Shown here piece after piece: positions 38,226-47,590 of a stretch of DNA of 64,000 bases. The position numbers and the translations under genes were made by a program. Below the pieces are notes generated by a model. The model was not told where the DNA came from. It searched no databases and saw only the letters and a program-made list of their open reading frames with translations. Position 1 is the first letter of the stretch; the number at the start of each line of letters is the position of its first letter. Origin of the DNA: Candidatus Latescibacterota bacterium (lineage in GTDB: Bacteria; Latescibacterota; UBA2968; GCA-2709665); NCBI GenBank assembly GCA_965219995.1, contig CBDCOX010000002.1:384001-448000 (forward strand). The letters run 5' to 3'.

Positions 38226-39356
38226 TCAATCGAAGCGGTTTCCGATCCTGAACATATCGCCCAGGGGATTCTCCCGGCCCTCCAGGGCGTCGGCGATTAC
38301 GGGACCGATGGCGCCGCCGAATTTGAACCCGTGGCCGCATCCGCATCCGGCAATCAGCACCCGTTCGAATCCCTCCGCCCAGTCGATGACGAACGCCTCG
38401 TCCTTCATATCGGCCATGTTGGTATAGAGGCAGGACCGGCCTCCGACCAGTTGCGCCGCACTGAGACCGGGAATGCGCCGGGCGACGAATTCACGGGCCC
38501 ACGTCAGAAACTCGGGCGTTGGGTCGCGTGAGACGTCGACCTCGGCGTCGTCCAGCTTGCTGTCTTCCGCCACCTTGACGAACCCTTCGTGCAGATACGG
38601 AAACCCGTACCACAGGTTGCCGGGCGAAAGGATCGACCACACCGGAAAACGGGACCGTTCGAACGGCGCGGGGTCGTCGGGTGCGAAGAAGGCCATCTGT
38701 TGCCTCGTGACGCGCACGCGCTTCTTCATCGCGGGAAGCAGTTCGGCCACCCAGGGGCCGGCCGCTACGACCGCATGGTCGAACGCCATCCATTCCGCGC
38801 CGGTTCGGACTCTGGCCCGGCCGCCCGTCTCTTCCACCGCGGTGACGAGTGTATTCTCGAGAACCGTTACGCCCGCTTCACGCGCCAGCGTTGCCAGGTC
38901 CGCCAGCGCCTGTCCGCTTCGCAGGTACCCGGCCCAGGGGTCGAAGAACAGTCTGTCCGCGTCGTTTACGGTGAACTGCGGAAACCGCTCGCGGACCTGG
39001 CCGGCCGTGAGTTCATAGACCTCCGTCGTCATCCGGCTCAGGGTCTCCCAGCCCGCGTGGGCCTCGTGATCCGATTCCAGATCGCGCGCGACGATCAGCT
39101 TGCCGTTTTGAAAGTAGATCGACCGGCTTGTGCGATCGTGCCACTTGCGCCATTGCGCCGCCGCCCGCGTCACAAGTTCCACGTATGTCTCGTTCGGGTA
39201 CATCGTGCGCCGGATGACTTTGGAGACATCCGTGCTCGATGCCTCCGGGTTGGGAATTTCGCCGCGCTCAATCAGCGTGACGTCGTGACCGCGGTGACGC
39301 AACTCGAGTGCGGCGGCCATGCCAAAGATCCCTGCGCCGACAATACAGACATTCAT
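38226..39356 (-). CDS. FAD-dependent oxidoreductase, sarcosine/fructosyl-amine oxidase-like
   Basis: IVGAGIFG, SSTDVSKVIR, SCLYT and GHGFKF motifs. Confidence 0.88.
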   Translation of the reverse strand: MNVCIVGAGIFGMAAALELRHRGHDVTLIERGEIPNPEASSTDVSKVIRRTMYPNETYVELVTRAAAQWRKWHDRTSRSIYFQNGKLIVARDLESDHEAHAGWETLSRMTTEVYELTAGQVRERFPQFTVNDADRLFFDPWAGYLRSGQALADLATLAREAGVTVLENTLVTAVEETGGRARVRTGAEWMAFDHAVVAAGPWVAELLPAMKKRVRVTRQQMAFFAPDDPAPFERSRFPVWSILSPGNLWYGFPYLHEGFVKVAEDSKLDDAEVDVSRDPTPEFLTWAREFVARRIPGLSAAQLVGGRSCLYTNMADMKDEAFVIDWAEGFERVLIAGCGCGHGFKFGGAIGPVIADALEGRENPLGDMFRIGNRFD

Positions 39357-39432
39357 GGGCTTTCTCTCGAATCGGGGTTGGCGGTTTCTGCGACCGGCCG
39401 GGGCCGGGCGAGTTCGGACGATGGACCTGCGG

Positions 39433-40218
39433 TCAGGCCGAGGCGCCGGAATAGTGACGCAGCCCCCACCGCCAGAAAAGACGAGAGGCGATCAGCATTC
39501 CGGCGGAAACGAGAAGCGCGGCGGTCAGTGACTCGGAATCAAGCCGGCCGGTCAGGGCCCGGGCGGGAACCGTGATTGCAAACGCGACGGGAACGATGAA
39601 CGTCAATACGAAGCGGAGCCAGTGGGGATAGATGCCGATCGGCCAGCGCCCGGCCTGGACCATGGCGTCGAAGATGTTGAGGATGTTCTCCACCTTGATG
39701 TACCAGAATGAGATGGTGGAAAGGATCAGGAAAAAGCTGTAGATCGTGGCCGCGCCGGACAGAAGGACCAGGCCGAAGGTGGCGGCGTCGGCTACGCCCA
39801 CGTCCATGCCCTTTTTGTAGAGGGCATACGACAGCACGATTACCCCCAGCACGAAGTCGGTCGCCTTCCAGATGCGAAACTGGCTGATGCTGATCAGAAA
39901 CTGCGCGTCCGCCGGCTTTGTGAGGGTGTAGTCGAGCGTCCCCCGGCGGACGTCTGTCATCAACTGCGACATACTGGGCCGGATGACGATCGAGATCGCC
40001 CCCCCTATAATGACGAATACGCCGATCAGGGCGAGCAGGTCGTAGGATCGCCAGTCGCCCAGGGTTTCCGTGTGCAGAAAGACCACGTAGACCCCGAGAA
40101 GCGCCTGTACGAGGCTCACCGCGGACTGAAAGATCTGGACGTAGAAGTTGACGCGGTAGGCGAGTTCATTCAGAATGCCAATCTTCAGGAACGTCCAGAT
40201 CACGATCATTTTGTGCAC
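39433..40218 (-). CDS. ABC-2 family permease
   Basis: YRVNF, GTLDYTLTKP, GRWPIGIYP, six TM helices, ending YSGASA. Confidence 0.88.
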   Translation of the reverse strand: MHKMIVIWTFLKIGILNELAYRVNFYVQIFQSAVSLVQALLGVYVVFLHTETLGDWRSYDLLALIGVFVIIGGAISIVIRPSMSQLMTDVRRGTLDYTLTKPADAQFLISISQFRIWKATDFVLGVIVLSYALYKKGMDVGVADAATFGLVLLSGAATIYSFFLILSTISFWYIKVENILNIFDAMVQAGRWPIGIYPHWLRFVLTFIVPVAFAITVPARALTGRLDSESLTAALLVSAGMLIASRLFWRWGLRHYSGASA

Positions 40219-40248
40219 GGTCGGAGCCCCTCGCTGAATCGGCTCTCA

Positions 40249-40410
40249 GAAGCTGTGTAAAAATCCCCGGTGAGTTCCCGAGCGCGAGCGAAAAAGTGTC
40301 AGTCAAGGCGGGCGAATTCACCCATATCTAAAGATACGGGTGGATTTGACCAACGCCGAGTGGCGCTTTTGCAGCCGCGCGAAGACCGATGGGGGTTTTT
40401 ACACGGCTTC
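40249..40410. mobile_element. 162-bp MITE, copy 1
   Basis: 20-bp TIRs (18/20 match), TCA on both flanks, and an inverted homologue of identical length at 60011-60172. Confidence 0.85.
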
Positions 40411-41205
40411 TCAGGAACCCACTGCGGAATATTTCCTGATGCCGCGGCGCCAGACGAATTTGACAATGACGAATCCCATAACCACCCAAAACGCCTGCAT
40501 CAGGAAACCATGCGTGATCTGCGCCTCGTCGAGCCTTCCCAGGAGTAGCTCGACCGGAAAGGCGACGGACCATTTGAACGGGAGCGCGTCCGCTACCGCC
40601 CGCAACCACGCCGGCAGCAGATCCAGCGGCGCGATTCTGCCCGAGAGAAATAGACCGAGGAAGTAATACATCTGATTGACCGCCTCGTTCCGGGTTGTCC
40701 AGAACGCAACAAGGGAGAGAGCCCACTCGACGAAGAATCTGAGGAGGTACGCAAGCACCAGCGACAACACAAAGAAGAACACGTTAATGCCTTCAAGGTC
40801 GAACGTGGGCTTGAACAGGAGGCAGAGTACGGCCGCGGACGGGACCAGTACGCACAGTGTCAGGGTCTTGTAGCCGATGTTGTCGGCAATGTCGCTGTGG
40901 ATCGGATGAATCGGCTTCAGGAGCATCGCGGACAGCTCACCGTGCTGCACGCGATAGCCCATCTCGTGCATGATCCAGGTAAACGTCCACATGTTGACAG
41001 CCATGAGGACAATATAATACGCGGCAAACCCGCCAGCGTCGTAACCGGCCACGTCGCCACCCCTGGCGATCGCAACCGTGGACCAGACAACGCAATAGAT
41101 CGTCGGTTCGAGGAGCCCGCCGATCATCCAGATCGCCATGGCCACGCGATATTGAAACTGAAGCGCAAGGGTGGTCTTCAGGTATGCCCAGTAGATCGCA
41201 ATCAT
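40411..41205 (-). CDS. ABC-2 family permease
   Basis: FQYR, GELS.MLLKP, LSGRIAPLDLLP, ending YSAVGS. Confidence 0.88.
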   Translation of the reverse strand: MIAIYWAYLKTTLALQFQYRVAMAIWMIGGLLEPTIYCVVWSTVAIARGGDVAGYDAGGFAAYYIVLMAVNMWTFTWIMHEMGYRVQHGELSAMLLKPIHPIHSDIADNIGYKTLTLCVLVPSAAVLCLLFKPTFDLEGINVFFFVLSLVLAYLLRFFVEWALSLVAFWTTRNEAVNQMYYFLGLFLSGRIAPLDLLPAWLRAVADALPFKWSVAFPVELLLGRLDEAQITHGFLMQAFWVVMGFVIVKFVWRRGIRKYSAVGS

Positions 41206-41210
41206 CGGCG

Positions 41211-42215
41211 TCAGACGGCTCCCGCCTGCCCCCCTCGGTCTTCCGGGGTTGCCACGGAGAAGACCTGTTCGATGACCTCCTCGATGGGCGGATCCTCGAC
41301 CGTCAGGTCGAGTACGGGCAGATCACCCAGAATCCTTGCCGTTACCTGTGGGGTGGCCTCTTTGGGTACGCGCAGGGAATAACGCAAGCCGGCGGCTTCA
41401 ACCACTTCTCCGTACGGAGTCAGGTCGGCGTCTTCGGTCTCGAGTTCGACGTCGATGGTCTTGTGCGGGGAGAAACGGGCGACCAGGTCGGAAAGCGCGC
41501 CATCGAAGAGAATCCGACCGTGGTGGATGACTACGACACGCCTGCAGAGGGCTTCGACGTCGGCCATGTAATGGCTGGTGAGCAGCACCGTCGCACCGTG
41601 CGCCCGGTTGTAGTTGTCGACGAAGCTCCGGATGCGGCGCTGCATGGTCACGTCGAGACCGATTGTGGGTTCATCCAGGAAGAGCACCTTCGGGCGATGC
41701 AGGAGGGCGGCCGCGATCTCGCATTTCATCCGTTCTCCCAGCGACAGGTTTCTGACCGGTTTTGGCAGAAGCGACTCCAGCTCGAGCAACTCCGTCAATT
41801 CATCGAGCGTCTCGCTGTAGTCCCTACGGGAGATCCGATAGACCGCTCGATTGCGTTCCAGCGAGTCGATCATCGGGATGTCCCAGATCAGCTGGTTTCG
41901 CTGTCCCATCACGAGCGTAATCTGGCTGAGGAACGCCTTCTCGCGCCGGTGAGGGACATGACCCAGGACGTCGGCCGTGCCGCCGGTGGGGTAGAGCAAC
42001 CCCGAGAGCATTTTGAGGGTGGTGGTCTTTCCCGCCCCGTTCGGACCGAGAAACCCGACGACCTCGCCCGGTTCGACGCTGAAGGAGATCGCCTCAACGG
42101 CCTTGACCACCCTCGTCTTTCGTCTGACGAGGCTTTTCGCCGCGGCGCGCAGTCCGGCCTCGCGTTCGGGCACGACGTAGTGCTTGGACAGGCCCTCTAC
42201 CGTGATGACGTGCAT
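41211..42215 (-). CDS. ABC transporter ATP-binding protein
   Basis: GPNGAGKTT, LSLGERMK, LDEPTIGLD and TSHYM motifs. Confidence 0.92.
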   Translation of the reverse strand: MHVITVEGLSKHYVVPEREAGLRAAAKSLVRRKTRVVKAVEAISFSVEPGEVVGFLGPNGAGKTTTLKMLSGLLYPTGGTADVLGHVPHRREKAFLSQITLVMGQRNQLIWDIPMIDSLERNRAVYRISRRDYSETLDELTELLELESLLPKPVRNLSLGERMKCEIAAALLHRPKVLFLDEPTIGLDVTMQRRIRSFVDNYNRAHGATVLLTSHYMADVEALCRRVVVIHHGRILFDGALSDLVARFSPHKTIDVELETEDADLTPYGEVVEAAGLRYSLRVPKEATPQVTARILGDLPVLDLTVEDPPIEEVIEQVFSVATPEDRGGQAGAV

Positions 42216-42340
42216 GGGATCGTGGACGTCGGCTCCGGGGTTTCACCACTATGGACAACGGGCCGCCGGTCTGTTGTATTCGGCGGCCCTTGACAGCGAG
42301 AACGGGAGTAACCAGGCGGAACAATCCGCATTACGAACGC

Positions 42341-43573
42341 TCAGGCTTCGATCCGGTCCCTTATCACCCGCCAGTCCGATGCCGTCATGTCGTTGTAATG
42401 CCAGTAAATGAGCGTGATCAGGCCGCCCTGCTCGACCGTCTGCAGCAGGTGTTCGAGTTCGCGGCTGTCCATGCGGACACCGCCGTGATGCAGCCCCATC
42501 CAGGGCCGGATGCGGGTGACGTCGCCCAGGCGTTCCCTCATTTTGAAGATCTCGCTCAGGGCCACCTGCTCGAAGAACTCGGCTGGCAGCGCCGCGTCCA
42601 GATCGGCGAGGCGCGCGGCGCCCGGAACCCACAGTGCGAAGAGTTCGCGAACGCGGTCGAGCGCTTCCGGCTCGGTCATACCGGGATTCCACTCGCAGAA
42701 TGTCTTTCCGTAGCGGTACAGCGTGCCCTTCAGGCCGTCGATGCCGTGCTGCCAGAAATAGAGTTTAGGGCACTGAAAATCGACAATTCCCGCGAGGCGT
42801 CCGAAATTGTAGCCTGTAAGGGGCGCAAATGCGGGCAGTCGGGGTCCGCAGGCTATCTTTCGCGGAGGATCGAGCGATCGGGCGGTGTCTGCGAAAGCCC
42901 TCACGTAGTGCTCGATGCTGTCGGTCTTGAAGCGGAACCAGTCGAAGAGACCGGGGTTGGCGATCAGCGCGTCGAGACCGTCGACCAGACCGCGTTCCCG
43001 ACGGCCGGGTGGCAGGCCTCCAAGATTCCGCAGGCTGTCCTTGAGGCGTGCCTGGGCTTGCCAGACGGTATCGAAATCGTACCCCCATTCGGACGCCCTG
43101 TCGCGGCAGCAGTCACAGTCGCAGCGGAAAAGATTGCCCCGATGGTCGGGCGCGATTTCGTACCCCCACTCGGGCCCGTCCAGGATGAATCCGTCCACCC
43201 CCGGGAAGCTCCGAACCACGTCCCGCGTGCGCGCCGGACCGTACTTCAGTTTCTCAGGAGTGTTGATGCAGCCCGGGGATGACTGAAGCCAATCGTGCAG
43301 GTAAACGCCGAAGTTCCGTTCTTTCGCCTTTTCGACGGCCCGTTGCAGCGTTTCGAACCGCGGGACGTCTTCGTGCGACAACTCCGGGGGGCGCGTTTCG
43401 CATCCCTGGTACAGTTCCGGCGTGGGCGGATACGCGGGAGACGACCCGAATCTCAGGTCGCCGATCACGATGTTGGCGATGCCCGCCCCTTCCAGGCGGT
43501 CCAGGATTCTGTCGGCGCCTTCCTCTTCGAAGGCGTCGATCCGGCCGATAAACATCCATATATCGAGTGACAT
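42341..43573 (-). CDS. Hypothetical protein, possible TIM-barrel glycoside-hydrolase-like
   Basis: Long ORF colinear with its neighbours, with DGFILDGPEW, FRCDCDCCR and WFRFK motifs. Confidence 0.65.
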   Translation of the reverse strand: MSLDIWMFIGRIDAFEEEGADRILDRLEGAGIANIVIGDLRFGSSPAYPPTPELYQGCETRPPELSHEDVPRFETLQRAVEKAKERNFGVYLHDWLQSSPGCINTPEKLKYGPARTRDVVRSFPGVDGFILDGPEWGYEIAPDHRGNLFRCDCDCCRDRASEWGYDFDTVWQAQARLKDSLRNLGGLPPGRRERGLVDGLDALIANPGLFDWFRFKTDSIEHYVRAFADTARSLDPPRKIACGPRLPAFAPLTGYNFGRLAGIVDFQCPKLYFWQHGIDGLKGTLYRYGKTFCEWNPGMTEPEALDRVRELFALWVPGAARLADLDAALPAEFFEQVALSEIFKMRERLGDVTRIRPWMGLHHGGVRMDSRELEHLLQTVEQGGLITLIYWHYNDMTASDWRVIRDRIEA

Positions 43574-43586
43574 GGAAGGTCCAAAC

Positions 43587-43618
43587 AAAAGGAGGGCGGG
43601 TATGGAACCCCGCCCCCG
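43587..43618 (-). terminator. Putative intrinsic terminator after nadA
   Basis: Minus strand GGGCGGG-GTTCCATA-CCCGCCC followed by TCCTTTT. Confidence 0.5.
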
Positions 43619-43639
43619 TAGCCCGGGCCGGCGGAAAAT

Positions 43640-44689
43640 TCAACCGATTTCCAGCATCCGATCCACCGCGCGTCTGGCGCGAATGCGGATTTCTTCAGGC
43701 ACTTCGATAATCTGCTCGTTGTTTTTCAGGGCGTTCAGCGTGTCTTCGAGGGTGATTTCGTTCATGTGCGGGCAGCGGATACTGCACAGCCGTACCATTT
43801 CCTTGTCGGGGTTTTCGGCCATGATATTGTCGCCCATGCTGCACTCGGTGAGCAAAAGATAACTGGATGCGTCGGTTTCCTGCACGAAATCGCTCATTTT
43901 CGACGTGCTGCTGGAGAAGTCGGAAGCGGAAACGACTTCGGGACTGCATTCCGGATGGGCGAGAACGAGCACGCCGGGAAACTGCTCCCGAACCCGGGTG
44001 ACGTCGTCGACCGTGAATTTCTCGTGCACTTCGCATCGGCCGTGCCAGCCGATCATCTCGTATTCGAGTTCCGCGCGGGGCAGATCGGGTTGTTTCCGCG
44101 AAGGGAAGATGATCCGCTTGCCGGTTTCCTGCGCCACGTTCGCCGCAAGGTATTCGTCGGGAAGAAAAATGACGGTATCGCCGCCGAGCGATTCCACGAC
44201 CCTTGCGGCGTTGCTGGACGTGCAGCAGACGTCGCATTCCGCTTTCACGTCGGCATAGGTGTTGATGTAGGTGACGATGGGGACGCCGGGGTAATCCAGT
44301 CTGAGCGTGCGGACGTCTTCGGCCGTGATACTCGCCGCGAGAGAACAGCCCGCAATCTTCGCGGGCAGGAGCACCGTCTTTTCCGGGTTGAGGATCTTTG
44401 CGGTTTCCGCCATGAATCGCACGCCGCAGAACACGATCGGATCGCAGTCGGTTTCAGCGGCTTTTCGGCTGAGTTCGAGCGAATCGCCCACCACGTCCGG
44501 CACGGTATGGAAGAGCGCCGGTTCCATGTAGTTGTGACCCAGAATGATGGCGCCACGCGCCTCCTTCAGGCGGTTGATCTCGTAGACCAGTTCGGCTTTA
44601 TACAGCAGCTCGATCTCCGGCACAAGACCACTGAGTTTGCGCTCCATCTGTTCGTAGGTATCCTGGAGCGTGTCTGCGAGAATTGCCAT
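43640..44689 (-). CDS. nadA: Quinolinate synthase
   Basis: GHNYM, GDSLEL, FCGVRFMAETAKILNP, GCSLA, HPEC, TEC and CPHM motifs. Confidence 0.96.
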   Translation of the reverse strand: MAILADTLQDTYEQMERKLSGLVPEIELLYKAELVYEINRLKEARGAIILGHNYMEPALFHTVPDVVGDSLELSRKAAETDCDPIVFCGVRFMAETAKILNPEKTVLLPAKIAGCSLAASITAEDVRTLRLDYPGVPIVTYINTYADVKAECDVCCTSSNAARVVESLGGDTVIFLPDEYLAANVAQETGKRIIFPSRKQPDLPRAELEYEMIGWHGRCEVHEKFTVDDVTRVREQFPGVLVLAHPECSPEVVSASDFSSSTSKMSDFVQETDASSYLLLTECSMGDNIMAENPDKEMVRLCSIRCPHMNEITLEDTLNALKNNEQIIEVPEEIRIRARRAVDRMLEIG

Positions 44690-44792
44690 CGGAAAAGTCT
44701 CCGTGCACTTCGAAATCCGAGTTTATTAGCGCTAAAGATAACCAAAGTGTTTTGTATCGGCAAGGGCATACCGCCCATGAATTTTCGTTTCG

Positions 44793-45905
44793 TTACGGAT
44801 GCGTTCCAAAGGACGTCTGCCGCCGGGCCCCTGGTCTCGTTCCGGACTCGTCTTTCAGATCCTCCTGCCGGGAACGCTTGAGAAGTTCCGCTTCCGCCGC
44901 GTGTCTCTCCGCTTCTGTCTCGAGCGCCGTTACAGTTACCCCTGGCGCCGGCATCGGCGAAAGGATCCGGCTGGCGCCGGCATTCCACAGCGCCCTGACA
45001 ACCGGTTCGGGTTCCGGTGCAAGCGCGACAATGGTGCCGCCCGCTCCGGCGCCGGCCAGTTTGGCGCCCAGGGCTCCGCCACGCAGCGCTGCCTGAATGA
45101 GGCATTCGTTCTCCGGACCGGAACCGCCGAGGTCCCGTTGGATTTCGTGGTTCTCCGCCATCAGTTCGCCCAGGGTTCGCCAGTCAGCTTCCAGAAGCGC
45201 CCGCTTACCCATCCGCGCCACGTGGGCGATGCGGAGGTAGCTGCGAACGACTTCCCGGTCGCCTTCCAGCCAGCGTTCCCGAATCGGCTGGTGCACCCCG
45301 GCGGAGTTGCGCTTTACGCCCGTGTGGGCCAGGATGAAGGGGCAATCCTCGATGAACGGCGCGAGAGGCTCTACGGTGGCGTAGGGTTCGTCTGCCAGCG
45401 CCCGGTAGAACTGCTTTTCACGGAAGTCCATAAAGTTCAGACCCCCGATCGTACACATATATGCGTCCTGGTAGCCGCACAAAACAAGGTAGTGCAACTC
45501 GATGTGGCGGGCCATTTCCGCGCGGTAGTACACGTGGACCGACCGGCCCATGTAGGCCAGCACCGCGTTGAGGATGGATACAATCAGGGCGGACGAACTT
45601 GAAAGACCGGCACGGAAGGGGACGTCGCACGCCCAGCGCAGGGAGAATCGGGCGTTCTTGAGATTGAGGTAGTCGACGACGGCCATCGCAACGTCGAAAT
45701 ATCCGCCTTCCGGTTTCAGTTCGTCCGAGGGTTGAATCACACGGCGGCAGTCCGCGACCTCGAAGCTCAGAACGTCGGCCGGCTCAATGAGTACGGCGGC
45801 GCGTTCTCTTGTGGAACAGGAGATGACGCTGCCCCCGTACATATCGGTGGGATTGCCAATGATGCCCGCCCTGCCAGGCGCCGTGCTCAGGTAAGCCCCC
45901 GGCAT
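44793..45905 (-). CDS. GHMP-family sugar kinase (glucuronokinase-like)
   Basis: APGRAGIIGNPTD, PFRAGLSSSSA, GYQD and GAKLAGAGAGG motifs. Confidence 0.85.
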   Translation of the reverse strand: MPGAYLSTAPGRAGIIGNPTDMYGGSVISCSTRERAAVLIEPADVLSFEVADCRRVIQPSDELKPEGGYFDVAMAVVDYLNLKNARFSLRWACDVPFRAGLSSSSALIVSILNAVLAYMGRSVHVYYRAEMARHIELHYLVLCGYQDAYMCTIGGLNFMDFREKQFYRALADEPYATVEPLAPFIEDCPFILAHTGVKRNSAGVHQPIRERWLEGDREVVRSYLRIAHVARMGKRALLEADWRTLGELMAENHEIQRDLGGSGPENECLIQAALRGGALGAKLAGAGAGGTIVALAPEPEPVVRALWNAGASRILSPMPAPGVTVTALETEAERHAAEAELLKRSRQEDLKDESGTRPGARRQTSFGTHP

Positions 45906-45907
45906 CG

Positions 45908-46813
45908 TCAGAATTCCCTCAGCTGTTTCTGAATATGCTGGCGGATGATATAACCGTGGCGCTGATCCGAGATTGCGAAGTCGATAAAGGCCTTGTAGTA
46001 GGACACAGGGTCACCGATACCATATCGAAGTTCCTCCTTTTTCAGGCGGACGCACCGCACTTTTCGTCCCATCTTGATCAGGGTGGCGATCGCGTCGGTC
46101 AACTCCAGTTTGCCGCTCGGCCCGGGAAGGGTGTGCCGGATTGCGTCGAAAATCTCAGGATGAAACACATATCGAGCGGCGACCGCAAGGCGACTGGGCG
46201 CGTCGGCCACGGCCGGCTTCTCGACGATGCCCTCGATTTCGAAGTCCGTACTGGCCCGGCTCTCGGGATTGACAATACCGTAGTTGGGCACATCCGAAGG
46301 ATCCACTTCCACAACAGCGATGGTGCAGCGGGAATCGTGGCGGAAGTGGGAACTGATCATCCTTCGGATCAACCCGGCGTGGCTGCCGGACTTCACAATG
46401 GTGTCTCCCAGCGCCACGACGAACGGATCGTCTCCCACGAAGTCCTCGGCACCGCCGATGGCGTCTCCGATTCCGGGCGGCGTATGCCGTCCCTGCGGGA
46501 TAAGCTGGCGGGTGAAGAAAAACCTCACCGCCTCCCGTCCATAGTCCACCGCGTCCAGCAGTTCCCGGTTTTCGCTTTCCGAAAGACGATTCAGCAGTTC
46601 AGGGTCCCGATCGAAGTGATCTTCCACGGACCGTTTGTCTCGCCCGGTAATGAACAGAAACCTTGTCAGGCCCTGGTCAACCATTTCTTCGACGACGTAT
46701 TGGACCACGGGTTTACACGCAACGGGAAGCATCTCCTTCGGTTGCGATTTGGTAGCAGGCAGGAGCCCGGTGCCCATCCCGGCTAACGGGATCACGACCT
46801 TTTCGATTTCCAT
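45908..46813 (-). CDS. galU: UTP-glucose-1-phosphate uridylyltransferase-like nucleotidyltransferase
   Basis: VIPLAGMGTGLLPATK.QPKEMLP, EDHFD, LGD, VEKP and ELTDAI motifs. Confidence 0.8.
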   Translation of the reverse strand: MEIEKVVIPLAGMGTGLLPATKSQPKEMLPVACKPVVQYVVEEMVDQGLTRFLFITGRDKRSVEDHFDRDPELLNRLSESENRELLDAVDYGREAVRFFFTRQLIPQGRHTPPGIGDAIGGAEDFVGDDPFVVALGDTIVKSGSHAGLIRRMISSHFRHDSRCTIAVVEVDPSDVPNYGIVNPESRASTDFEIEGIVEKPAVADAPSRLAVAARYVFHPEIFDAIRHTLPGPSGKLELTDAIATLIKMGRKVRCVRLKKEELRYGIGDPVSYYKAFIDFAISDQRHGYIIRQHIQKQLREF

Positions 46814-46836
46814 AAGACGCAACTCCGTGGGATCGT

Positions 46837-46865
46837 TGAATACAAAAATCAGGGCGCGCCTGCTG
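46837..46865 (-). terminator. Terminator-like hairpin just upstream of galU-like gene
   Basis: Minus strand CAGGGTGTGCC-GCAGCA-GGCGCGCCCTG-ATTTTT. Confidence 0.5.
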
Positions 46866-47063
46866 CGGCACACCCTGCATTCGATGTGACGATTATGGTT
46901 CGTACCGCGGCCGTCGAGTCCGGTCGTGCCGGCATGCCGACGGGGTCGAGTTCGTCCGGCGTTTGACTGCGGGTCCGATAATGGGTCGGGCTCGCGGCCG
47001 GCAGGAGCCGGGGGTACGCCGCACCCCCACGCCAGGGTCTCATCCGCACGCGTGACCGTTAAT

Positions 47064-47393
47064 TTATAATACGGCCTCGAGTTTTTCGACCAGTTGTTTC
47101 TTGGGTACCGCGCCAACGATCTGGTCGGCCAGTTCGCCGTCTTTGAATATGAGCAGCGTAGGGATGCTGCGGATCCCGTAGTCGGCGGCGATTTTCTGTT
47201 CGGAGTCGACGTCGACTTTGCCGACCTTGACCCTGCCCTCGTACTCGACGGCCAGTTCGTCCACGATGGGCGCGACCATGCGGCAGGGACCGCACCAGAC
47301 GGCCCAGAAATCCACCAGTACCGGAATGGAGGACTGTACTACTTCAGACTGAAAGCTGTCGTCGGTTATGGTTATTGCGTTTGCCAACGCCAC
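47064..47393 (-). CDS. trxA: Thioredoxin
   Basis: VDFWAVWCGPC and SIPTL motifs. Confidence 0.96.
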   Translation of the reverse strand: MALANAITITDDSFQSEVVQSSIPVLVDFWAVWCGPCRMVAPIVDELAVEYEGRVKVGKVDVDSEQKIAADYGIRSIPTLLIFKDGELADQIVGAVPKKQLVEKLEAVL

Positions 47394-47511
47394 ACCGCCT
47401 TTCGTTAACAGGTTCGAGTAACATGGGAGCGTTCACCGTGAGACCGTCAGGCTCCGTGCCAGTGGCCGGTCGATTCGAACCGTCGACTTTCGGGGTCGTC
47501 ACGGACCGACA

Positions 47512-47540
47512 AATCTACCATGTTTTCAAGGGCGTGTCAA
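47512..47540 (-). promoter_or_regulatory. Sigma70 promoter of trxA
   Basis: TTGACA-N17-TAGATT on the minus strand. Confidence 0.7.
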
Positions 47541-47590
47541 GAATCAGGAAACCGACCCGTGACGCTGAGGACGCACGGGTTCGCTCCGCT

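Noticed and set aside
44715-44750. NrtR/NiaR operator upstream of nadA
   Set aside because: AT-rich but no convincing palindrome.
47455-47505. tRNA-like GGTTCGAATC T-loop on the minus strand
   Set aside because: No cloverleaf, acceptor stem or anticodon arm can be formed, so it is not tRNA-Sec or another tRNA.
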